DNA of 44,829 nt, taken from sequence record PQ295796; one strand, given 5' to 3'. The DNA is from Escherichia phage vB_Eco_Lzu_P3. Shown piece after piece: positions 16,669 through 23,703 of this stretch; position 1 is the stretch's first letter, and each line of letters opens with the position of its first letter. Position numbers and translations under genes: made by a program. The notes under the pieces were generated by a model, which worked only from the letters and a program-made list of their open reading frames with translations, made no database searches and was not told the DNA's origin.

Positions 16669-16838
16669 CAGTCTCAGACGAGGGGGGCCATCGACCCCCG
16701 TCTAGTCTGAAAGACTGGGGGTTGTCCCGCCTGTCCCGCTCCCCTCCAGGCCGCGTCATCCGGGGGTGGGACGGGGTGCTGTCCCGCTTTGTCCCGCCCC
16801 TGGTCTGTCCCGCTTTTTGTCCCGCTTACTTTATGCAG
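16669..16838. repeat. Iteron element A: 70-bp GC-rich hairpin block plus six direct TGTCCCGC iterons, then an A+T-rich segment with TTATGCAG boxes
   Basis: Read directly. 16669..16738 matches 44397..44466 with one mismatch. TGTCCCGC starts at 16723, 16732, 16780, 16790, 16806 and 16818. Confidence 0.85.
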
Positions 16839-16931
16839 TTTTATTGCATAACTATGCACTATATTCACACTACACGGCAACCAATGCGACCAGCTAAAAA
16901 CACTCAAAATGGCAACCAATGCGCGCAAAAA

Positions 16932-19196
16932 TTAATCTTTCAGGTCATCATCGGTCGCCGAAAGCGTGATGGGGATATCCGATTTGATGACTAAATTCGA
17001 CGACCCATATATGGCCCCGGTGTGCGGATCTGTATAGAAACCAATCACGCCGCGCTCGACCATATCGTCGATTGCCTTCGTCGAAGTGCCACCCTTAGCG
17101 AGTCCCGCCTGGCGGACGATTGCCGATTTACTGAAACCAGTATGGTCCGGGTTATCTTCCATCAGTTTTTCCAGGGCCGCATAAAGCACTTTCTCTTTTT
17201 CGGTGCGCGGACCGGCGGCGTTTTCTTCCTTAACTGCGGCTTTTCCTGCGGCCTTCGCTTGTTCTATAGCGAACGGAGCCAGGGCGACCGGTACGAGGTA
17301 GAGAGTCTCGTCGCGTGGCGTGGATGCAATTGGCTTGACGTCCCAACCGGCAACCACATCCCCGAAGTCTGGCCCGGTGCTGGTGGACTGGTGCGACGCG
17401 AATGCCTCAGACTTGCGTAGATCAACCTTAACTTTGCACTTGAGCAGGACGAAGCCACGCGGCGCTTGCTTGATGCCGTTACGTGATTTTTCGTGGTACA
17501 GGTTCAATTGTCCGGGCTGGTTGTCGTCCGGCTGTTCCAGGAAGAAAGCAGAATCGACAGCACCATGCAGCGCGCCGGACCCGCGTGGCGTTCTGCTGCC
17601 GTTTGCCCCTTTCGCCGGGTGGTGGATGACGCCCGCACTGCCGCCTGTATTTTCCGCGATGGCTTTCAGCGCTTTGACAACTTCACCCATATCGCTGGCG
17701 TTGTTCTCGTCGAACGGTTTAGCATCGGCGGACCGCAACGCAACAGTCTGGTTGAGTGAGTCGAACGCCACCAGGCCGACCGGCTCGCCGTTAGCAGTGC
17801 GGTTGATATAGCTGATAACTTCGCGCAAACCGGACTTGCTGGTGATATCCCATCCGCGTGACTGCAGATCGATAATGTGCAGCTTGTCGAGGTCGTGCTC
17901 GTATTTAATCTGCAATGCTTCTTTGCGCTGGTTAGAGGCTTCACCACCTTCCGCGTCGAAATAGAAGCAATGAGACTGGACGACCTTCGCACCACCAAAC
18001 GGAATACCGGCGGCAACCGCACCCATCTGCCCAAGCACATAGAAAGACTTACCGATATTCGACTCACCCGCCATATACCAGGTCGATTTAAAGTTAATCA
18101 GACCTTCGATGATCGGGTCGTGCTTACTGAACAGCGCAACCGGCTCGTTATCCAGATCCGCATCGGTGCACACGCCATATTCTTCGCCGTCGCCCACCGC
18201 ATCAACAATGTGATCATATAAGGATTCGACTTCCTCGTCGTCCAGACCTGGCAGGATGGCGGCGATTTGCTTACGCGACATGTTGTGCGGCTCGACGTTC
18301 AGGTGGTCCGGTATCCCGATAAGACGTAGCGCCAGGTGCTGGTGTCTATTTAGCTCCGAGCAACACTCGTTGCCGGTGTGCATACACTTGAAACGGATCT
18401 CGCCATCCTTGACCATGATAGCCGTCGACCCTTCTCCGCTGTGCAGATGTTCGTTCGGGCACGGCACTTCATAACCGCGACCGGAAGATAACTCCTCGAA
18501 TCCTGCCTGGAAGCACCAGTCCAGAATCCCGTCCGCCACTGCGTCGTCGCCCTGGGTAAGCTCGCGGCGTACTTCCTCCTTCTCCACCCCCAGCTTATCC
18601 GCCAGGCGAAGCAGACGACGCACATTAGCGCGCTTGCCGTAGTGGCACTTAATGACAGACTGCTGGTGTGGCAGGTACATAAGACGGTTTGTGTCTTTCG
18701 TGCAATCGTCGAAGTCAACATCCGACAGACCAAGTTGGTCTAACAGCGCGTACTGCACGCGGCCCAGGTCTTCCGCCGGGACAGGCTTGTCAGTGAGTAC
18801 CAGGAAGCGAGCGCAACGCGTGCCGCCTTTCAGTGGGTGACGGTCGCCGGTTGTGGTGTGGAATACGTGCTCCAGCCCCGCGTCTATAAAAGCCTTACGG
18901 CAGCGGCGTAGGGTGCGGGTGTCGGTACGGTCGATATCGAAGAACAGGATCGAGCGGTCCACCGCACTGGTCTTACGACGTAAGCCGTCACTGGTATATG
19001 CCACGATGCCATCGGCCTTACGCTTGCGGCGTGCATACTCGGCTTTATCTTCCGTCTTGTTGATATGCACCGAGGAGATTTCTTTCGCGTCATTGATAAA
19101 TTCGAAAAATTCATCGGTGGTCATCTGGAAGTTTTCCGCCCTGGCTTTTTCGCCTTTTTTAGCGGGTTTTGTTACAGCGAATTTAATTAAGCTCAT
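16932..19196 (-). CDS. DNA primase-helicase with C-terminal putative DNA-binding domain
   Basis: 754 aa. N-terminal primase-like region, a Cys/His cluster (CPNEHLH…CMHTGNECC) and a P-loop (GESNIGKS) in a RecA-like ATPase region. C-terminal segment is winged-helix-like. Confidence 0.7.
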   Translation of the reverse strand: MSLIKFAVTKPAKKGEKARAENFQMTTDEFFEFINDAKEISSVHINKTEDKAEYARRKRKADGIVAYTSDGLRRKTSAVDRSILFFDIDRTDTRTLRRCRKAFIDAGLEHVFHTTTGDRHPLKGGTRCARFLVLTDKPVPAEDLGRVQYALLDQLGLSDVDFDDCTKDTNRLMYLPHQQSVIKCHYGKRANVRRLLRLADKLGVEKEEVRRELTQGDDAVADGILDWCFQAGFEELSSGRGYEVPCPNEHLHSGEGSTAIMVKDGEIRFKCMHTGNECCSELNRHQHLALRLIGIPDHLNVEPHNMSRKQIAAILPGLDDEEVESLYDHIVDAVGDGEEYGVCTDADLDNEPVALFSKHDPIIEGLINFKSTWYMAGESNIGKSFYVLGQMGAVAAGIPFGGAKVVQSHCFYFDAEGGEASNQRKEALQIKYEHDLDKLHIIDLQSRGWDITSKSGLREVISYINRTANGEPVGLVAFDSLNQTVALRSADAKPFDENNASDMGEVVKALKAIAENTGGSAGVIHHPAKGANGSRTPRGSGALHGAVDSAFFLEQPDDNQPGQLNLYHEKSRNGIKQAPRGFVLLKCKVKVDLRKSEAFASHQSTSTGPDFGDVVAGWDVKPIASTPRDETLYLVPVALAPFAIEQAKAAGKAAVKEENAAGPRTEKEKVLYAALEKLMEDNPDHTGFSKSAIVRQAGLAKGGTSTKAIDDMVERGVIGFYTDPHTGAIYGSSNLVIKSDIPITLSATDDDLKD

Positions 19197-19206
19197 TGCC
19201 GTTGCC

Positions 19207-19536
19207 TTATTTGGAAGTTTTATTATTGCGTACCCAGGATCGCACGGTGCTCTGATTAATTCCTGTCAACTCCGCGATCATTGCCCATGACTTCCCCTCA
19301 TCACGTAAACGGATAACCTGTTTTTTGTATTCTTCCATTTCCTCATTGTGCTTTTGCAGCTTGCTTGCTGCCGTACCGTTGAGTAATTCCAGCTTCGCGC
19401 GCAATTCTTTCTCGGTAAGTCGCAGACGTTCGATTTCAAATAGCACCGCACCCACGGCATCGGTATATGCCCAGGACCGGCTTGTCTCACTGCAAACAGT
19501 CTTAGTTAACATTTCGATTGCGTCGTCGATATTCAT
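19207..19536 (-). CDS. Putative HTH transcriptional regulator (first gene of leftward early operon)
   Basis: 109 aa. C-terminal segment GKSWAMIAELTGINQSTVRSWV resembles an HTH. GGAGA RBS. A palindromic operator-like site lies in its own leader. Confidence 0.5.
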   Translation of the reverse strand: MNIDDAIEMLTKTVCSETSRSWAYTDAVGAVLFEIERLRLTEKELRAKLELLNGTAASKLQKHNEEMEEYKKQVIRLRDEGKSWAMIAELTGINQSTVRSWVRNNKTSK

Positions 19537-19550
19537 TGTTCTGTCTCCGG

Positions 19551-19596
19551 TTGGTTAATGACCAACGAAACTACACCTAAAACCGCGGGGTGTCAA
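19551..19596 (-). promoter_or_regulatory. Leftward early promoter TTGACA-N17-TAGTTT, followed by the palindrome TTGGTtaatgACCAA (19551..19565)
   Basis: Read on the minus strand; the palindrome overlaps the predicted transcription start of the HTH regulator gene. Confidence 0.45.
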
Positions 19597-19666
19597 CTTC
19601 TTTGGGATATTGAAACGGGCGCGCACGCGTGTAATAATACTCCCGTCTCATTGTCTCTTATTGGTT

Positions 19667-19701
19667 AGCGCCGTCGCATTTTGCTTCGGCGCTTTTTTTT
19701 T
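19667..19701 (+). terminator. Intrinsic terminator-like hairpin plus T9 tract, immediately upstream of the rightward early promoter
   Basis: AGCGCCG-(13-nt loop)-CGGCGCT followed by a T9 tract. Confidence 0.4.
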
Positions 19702-19711
19702 AAATTAGTTG

Positions 19712-19740
19712 TTGACTCCCTTCTGCAACCAATCTAATAT
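19712..19740 (+). promoter_or_regulatory. Rightward early promoter: TTGACT-N17-TAATAT, with TGCAACCAA in the spacer
   Basis: Near-consensus sigma70 hexamers with 17-bp spacing at the head of the plus-strand early block. Confidence 0.55.
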
Positions 19741-19936
19741 TCACCTCGTCGACAGGATGCAGGACGCAAACTGGAGAGGGGCAACGCAGGGGCCGGATCG
19801 AAGTGTCAGGATTCCCAACCGTGATTATATAACCAGGTCCACTACCCGAAAGGGAGAACGCGTAACCTGGCAATATGTTAAGGCCACCGACGAAGTTAAC
19901 TGCCGACACCTAAACTTAACCAATTGGAGATACACC

Positions 19937-20446
19937 ATGTTTGAACAAATCGTAAACCTGATTACTCGCGGCGTAGTAGCACTGGAAACAATCGCTAAAC
20001 ATTATGAAACCGTTGGCGCTGCCGTTGGTAAGCAGGAAGATAAAAAGCCATCTAAGGCGAAAAAAGAAGTCGTAGAAGATGACGACGCTGAAGACGAAGC
20101 ACCGGCGAAAACCAAAAAAGCACCGGCGAAAGGTAAGGCCAAAAAAGAAGTCGTAGAAGATGACGACGATGAAGCCGAAGACGAAAAACCGGCGAAAGGT
20201 AAAAAAGCCACGGCGAAAGGCAAAGGTAAGAAAGATGCCGATCCGCTGGCAGAGATGCGCGACGAAATCAAACAGTATGCCGCGATTATCGCCGGTGGTG
20301 ATGACGACGACGCCAACGACGAATTTGACGACCTGCTGGAATCGTTCGAGATCAAATCAATCGCTAAACTGGAAGATGACGACGTCGAAGACTTCCACAA
20401 AGATCTGAAAGAAATCGTCGAAACCTATTTCGAACTGGAAGACTAA
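19937..20446 (+). CDS. Highly acidic early protein with internal charged repeats
   Basis: Start chosen at ATG 19937 with GGAGA RBS; the ORF track extends it to 19709. Contains tandem KKEVVEDDD(A/D)E…PAKGK repeats. It is the first gene downstream of the strongest predicted early promoter. Confidence 0.5.
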   Translation: MFEQIVNLITRGVVALETIAKHYETVGAAVGKQEDKKPSKAKKEVVEDDDAEDEAPAKTKKAPAKGKAKKEVVEDDDDEAEDEKPAKGKKATAKGKGKKDADPLAEMRDEIKQYAAIIAGGDDDDANDEFDDLLESFEIKSIAKLEDDDVEDFHKDLKEIVETYFELED

Positions 20447-20452
20447 TATTAT

Positions 20453-20482
20453 CCGGCCCGCTAATCTGCGGGCCTATTTTTA
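20453..20482 (+). terminator. Intrinsic terminator after the acidic early gene
   Basis: GGCCCGC-taatct-GCGGGCC stem followed by TATTTTTA. Confidence 0.55.
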
Positions 20483-20494
20483 GAGGACGAGACA

Positions 20495-20746
20495 ATGGCA
20501 CGCTTCACGCTAATCGAGGCGGTGGATTCCCGCGACCAGCGCCCGTACTATTGGCTATTCGAACGCATCGGCAGCTTTCAGTCACGCGTTGCCGTAATTG
20601 ATAAACGCCGCAATACTCCCGCGCAAATTAAGCGCACCACATTTACTAACCCCGACTTTTATATTTGGGCGGACTCCAATCTGGAATATGTTCGCTTCGC
20701 CGTTGCGTCCGAAGCAAAAACAATTGACCGCTGGGATACAAAATAA
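20495..20746 (+). CDS. Hypothetical protein (83 aa)
   Basis: AGAGGA RBS before ATG 20495. Follows an intrinsic terminator. Confidence 0.45.
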   Translation: MARFTLIEAVDSRDQRPYYWLFERIGSFQSRVAVIDKRRNTPAQIKRTTFTNPDFYIWADSNLEYVRFAVASEAKTIDRWDTK

Positions 20747-20935
20747 ATGGCTATATTCTTTGTTTTATTTCGTTGCCGTATTACCGGCGATGAGCAACCG
20801 GAAATCGTTATGAATCAGAACTGGAATTGCTGCTGGACTCAAGCCAGAGGACTGGCGGCTACCATGAACGAAGCCGCGAAGCGGGCTGGGGTTAAACATG
20901 AATATTACATTGCTCAGTTTTCAAGGGTGGAATAA
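20747..20935 (+). CDS. Hypothetical protein (62 aa)
   Basis: ORF in the early operon with a weak RBS; start is uncertain. Confidence 0.3.
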   Translation: MAIFFVLFRCRITGDEQPEIVMNQNWNCCWTQARGLAATMNEAAKRAGVKHEYYIAQFSRVE

Positions 20936-22365
20936 TGGCGATTAAACCAAAACGTAAAACGCAATCCGGTAGCAATACGGAACACTCATTACTTGGTCCA
21001 TCCGGTGCTAAAAAATGGATGGGTTGCCCTGCCGCCCTGGTGGTGGAAAAAGATATCCCGAACGAATCCGGGCAAGCCGCGATTAACGGTACGAGTATGC
21101 ACACCGTATCTGAGGTGGTGCTAAACCGCATTATCGCCGGTGAGAAGCTGATAACCGCGAAGACGTATAAAGGGTGCTACGTCGAGAACGAAGGCAAGGG
21201 GCCAGTAAAGGCACACCCTAAAGCACCGAAAGGCGGCGTACTGGTCAACGACGACATGGTGAAACAGTGCGATGCATACATCGACCACTGGCGACCGCTC
21301 CTCGAAGTGGCGGAGTTTGTCCAGCTTGAGATGCGCGCCGACCTAACCCGCGTTCTCCACCCCGGCGTCGAGATCAACGGCAACAAGGTTAAGACGTTCG
21401 GCACTGCCGATATGGTCATGGTCATGAAGAAGACCGACGGCACGTACATGCTGATTGTTGGCGACCTGAAGACCGGGCGACATAAGGTCGAGGCGAAAGA
21501 AAACAAACAGCTTATGTTGTACGCGCTGGGCCTGCTGCGCAAGCTGCAAACCATGTACGACATTACGACCGTGCGCCTGGTCATCTTTCAACCGTATTGC
21601 GGCGGGGCGTCAGAGTGGGATATCACAGTGGAAGCGCTGGAGATATTCGCGAAGTTTGCATCCAAGCGCGCTGTCATAGCACTGGATGCGTACGAACGCG
21701 GCAAAAAAGGACTCACCCGCGCCGACTTCCGACCCAGCGTCGATGCGTGCCAGTGGTGCAGATTTGCGGACCAGTGCAGCGTCCGGGCGAAGGCCGCAAT
21801 CGACACGATGACGCCACCAACGGCAACTGACGAAGACCTGGGCGACGACGTGAGCGTGGCAACCGAGGAAGAGTGCGCCAACCACGACCGCAATATGGCC
21901 CGCGAAGCCCGGAAGGCTGCCCGACGTGCTAAACGGGGCAAGAAGGAATCCACCCCAGGCGCTATGAGCGCGGCGGAACTGCGCAAGGCTTATGAAGGAC
22001 TTGACGCAATGCGCCAGCACATCAAAGCTATCGAATCCGCGGTATTCAAGGCGGTCATGGCGGGCGATGGCGAATCGTTGGGCCTTAAGATGGTTGCCGG
22101 TAAGGAAGGGATCCGTAAGTGGGCGGACGAGAGCGAAGTGATTGAAATCTTCACGAAGGCCCGGATCAAGCGCGATGTGATGTACAAAGAAACATTGCTC
22201 AGCCCGACCGATGCCGAGAAGGTACTGAAGGACGAAAAACCGAAAGTGTGGGCGAAGCTGTGTGCTAAAATCACGCGCGCACCCGCTAAACCGGTGTTAG
22301 CACCAATCGACGACCCGCGCCCCGCGTGGTCTGAAGCTACTGACGAGGACTTAAGCGATGAATAA
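20935..22365 (+). CDS. PD-(D/E)xK exonuclease, Cas4/RecB-like (DUF2800-type)
   Basis: RecB-type motifs are visible: GDLKTG, QLMLYA (QxxxY), one N-terminal Cys (WMGCP) and a C-terminal Cys triad (CQWCRFADQC), consistent with an Fe-S cluster as in Cas4-like nucleases. Confidence 0.6.
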   Translation: MAIKPKRKTQSGSNTEHSLLGPSGAKKWMGCPAALVVEKDIPNESGQAAINGTSMHTVSEVVLNRIIAGEKLITAKTYKGCYVENEGKGPVKAHPKAPKGGVLVNDDMVKQCDAYIDHWRPLLEVAEFVQLEMRADLTRVLHPGVEINGNKVKTFGTADMVMVMKKTDGTYMLIVGDLKTGRHKVEAKENKQLMLYALGLLRKLQTMYDITTVRLVIFQPYCGGASEWDITVEALEIFAKFASKRAVIALDAYERGKKGLTRADFRPSVDACQWCRFADQCSVRAKAAIDTMTPPTATDEDLGDDVSVATEEECANHDRNMAREARKAARRAKRGKKESTPGAMSAAELRKAYEGLDAMRQHIKAIESAVFKAVMAGDGESLGLKMVAGKEGIRKWADESEVIEIFTKARIKRDVMYKETLLSPTDAEKVLKDEKPKVWAKLCAKITRAPAKPVLAPIDDPRPAWSEATDEDLSDE

Positions 22366-22600
22366 AGTATTCGCATTCTTATTGATGATTATGCTCGGTG
22401 CGCTGGGATTTATCCTGCATTGCGTGCAAGGCGTGTTAATGGTCGCCTGGATGATTCGCCATCCGACACTCTGGCCGGACGATGGGTATAGTGTCGCTGC
22501 CGCCGACTGGGTGGCGAAGAACATAGACCGACCACCGTTAAGCTGGATCGAGAACGCCGTCAGCTACGTGACCAGAAATCTTTTTAATAAAAGTGCTTGA
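22358..22600 (+). CDS. Hypothetical small membrane protein
   Basis: Hydrophobic N-terminus (VFAFLLMIMLGALGFILHCV). GAGGA RBS. Overlaps the upstream stop. Confidence 0.4.
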   Translation: MNKVFAFLLMIMLGALGFILHCVQGVLMVAWMIRHPTLWPDDGYSVAAADWVAKNIDRPPLSWIENAVSYVTRNLFNKSA

Positions 22601-22635
22601 CCGCTTAGGCGCAACCAAGTAGATTAGCAACCAAG
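22597..22635 (+). promoter_or_regulatory. Promoter TTGACC-N17-TAGATT, with GCAACCAAG elements in the spacer and just downstream of -10
   Basis: Upstream of the SSB-like gene. The motif is a variant of TGCAACCAA. Confidence 0.4.
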
Positions 22636-22690
22636 CCGAACGGGGTGGCTCATAATAACCCCGATACATGTGAGAATGAGGAATTGGAAA

Positions 22691-23473
22691 ATGGCTAAAG
22701 TCAACCTGAAAAATGTGCGCGTATGTTTCCTTAAAATTTGGGAGCGCGATACCCCTAAACAGGATGGTCAGAAACCGGCATACCGTGCAGTGATTCTTCT
22801 TGATAAAGAAGATCCGCAGGTGGACAAAGTGGAAGCGGCAGCGCGCGCAGTGCTCACCGACAAGCTGAAATCCGAGAAGAATGCTGATAAGTGGATGGAC
22901 CGCCACTACGCCCAGGATTCTAAGGAATGCGCAGTTCGCGACGGTGACGAGCGCGATGAAGTGACCGAAGAATTCGAAGGCATGTTGTACATCAACGCCA
23001 AATCGTTCAAACAGCCGATCATTCAAACGTCACTCGGCGAGAAGCAGACGGAACAAGGTCTGACCGTAGAAGGCGACGAGATCGAAGGCCAGGAGATCTA
23101 CTCCGGTTGTTATTGCAATGTGTCCCTGGATATTTGGGCGTGGAACAATACCAACGGCAAGGGACTCGGTGCTGGTCTTTTGGGTCTGCGCTTCCGCGAT
23201 GACGGCGAAGCCTTCGGCGGTGGCGGGTCTTCTTGCTCAGACGAAGACCTGGGCGACGATGACGAAGATGAAAGCCCGCGCAAGTCCAAAAAATCAAAAC
23301 GTCGTGATGACGATGACGAAGACGACAAGCCGCGCAAGTCCAAAAAATCCAAGCGCCGCGATGACGACGACGAAGATGAAGATGAGAAACCTCGTAAACG
23401 TCGTAAGCCACGCGATGACGAAGATGAGGACGACGACGAAGACGAAGCACCACGTAAACGTCGCCGCCGTTAA
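22691..23473 (+). CDS. Putative ssDNA-binding protein (T7 gp2.5-like / DUF2815-like) with charged repeat C-terminus
   Basis: N-terminus MAKVNLKNVRVCFLKIWE… resembles phage SSB-like proteins. C-terminal third is made of PRKSKKSKRRDDDDEDD-type repeats. Start at ATG 22691 with GAGGAA RBS. Confidence 0.45.
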   Translation: MAKVNLKNVRVCFLKIWERDTPKQDGQKPAYRAVILLDKEDPQVDKVEAAARAVLTDKLKSEKNADKWMDRHYAQDSKECAVRDGDERDEVTEEFEGMLYINAKSFKQPIIQTSLGEKQTEQGLTVEGDEIEGQEIYSGCYCNVSLDIWAWNNTNGKGLGAGLLGLRFRDDGEAFGGGGSSCSDEDLGDDDEDESPRKSKKSKRRDDDDEDDKPRKSKKSKRRDDDDEDEDEKPRKRRKPRDDEDEDDDEDEAPRKRRRR

Positions 23474-23491
23474 GGGTAAAGCCCACTATTC

Positions 23492-23517
23492 AAGCCCGCT
23501 TAATGCGGGCTTTTTTA
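23492..23517 (+). terminator. Intrinsic terminator after the SSB-like gene
   Basis: AAGCCCGC-ttaat-GCGGGCTT stem followed by TTTTTT. Confidence 0.6.
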
Positions 23518-23532
23518 ATAGGACAATGAAAA

Positions 23533-23703
23533 ATGCGCATTAAAGCCAGCGAAGTAAAAGTCGGAATGCGAGTATGGTCCAAGCTACTGGGGGAATATTT
23601 CACCGTTGCCGAGATTCGCAACAACGGCGAGGAGATAACCCTTTCCGACGGTATCTTCTCCATGATCGGCAGCGCCGACGCCGTAGTGAGGATTAAGCAA
23701 TGA
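23533..23703 (+). CDS. Small hypothetical protein (56 aa), translationally coupled to the DNA polymerase gene
   Basis: Not in the ORF track. Has an AGGA RBS; its stop overlaps the polymerase ATG (ATGA). Confidence 0.3.
   Translation: MRIKASEVKVGMRVWSKLLGEYFTVAEIRNNGEEITLSDGIFSMIGSADAVVRIKQ

Noticed and set aside
16723-16825. Possible CRISPR array
   Set aside because: The repeats are only 8 bp with irregular 2-8 bp gaps, and there are no unique spacers or cas genes. They are iterons, not a CRISPR array. The Cas4-like nuclease at 20935..22365 belongs to a phage replication/recombination module.
16674-16928. 84-aa minus-strand ORF (and plus-strand ORF 16722..16994)
   Set aside because: They lie entirely within the iteron/hairpin element. 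The amino-acid sequence is low complexity (Pro/Gly/Ala) and simply reflects the GC-rich repeats.
19537-19708. Lysogeny switch (repressor/integrase)
   Set aside because: There is a divergent promoter region with operator-like palindromes, but I found no integrase, excisionase, CI-like repressor with a peptidase domain, or attP-like tRNA fragment anywhere in the window. The HTH protein is more likely an early transcriptional regulator of a virulent phage.
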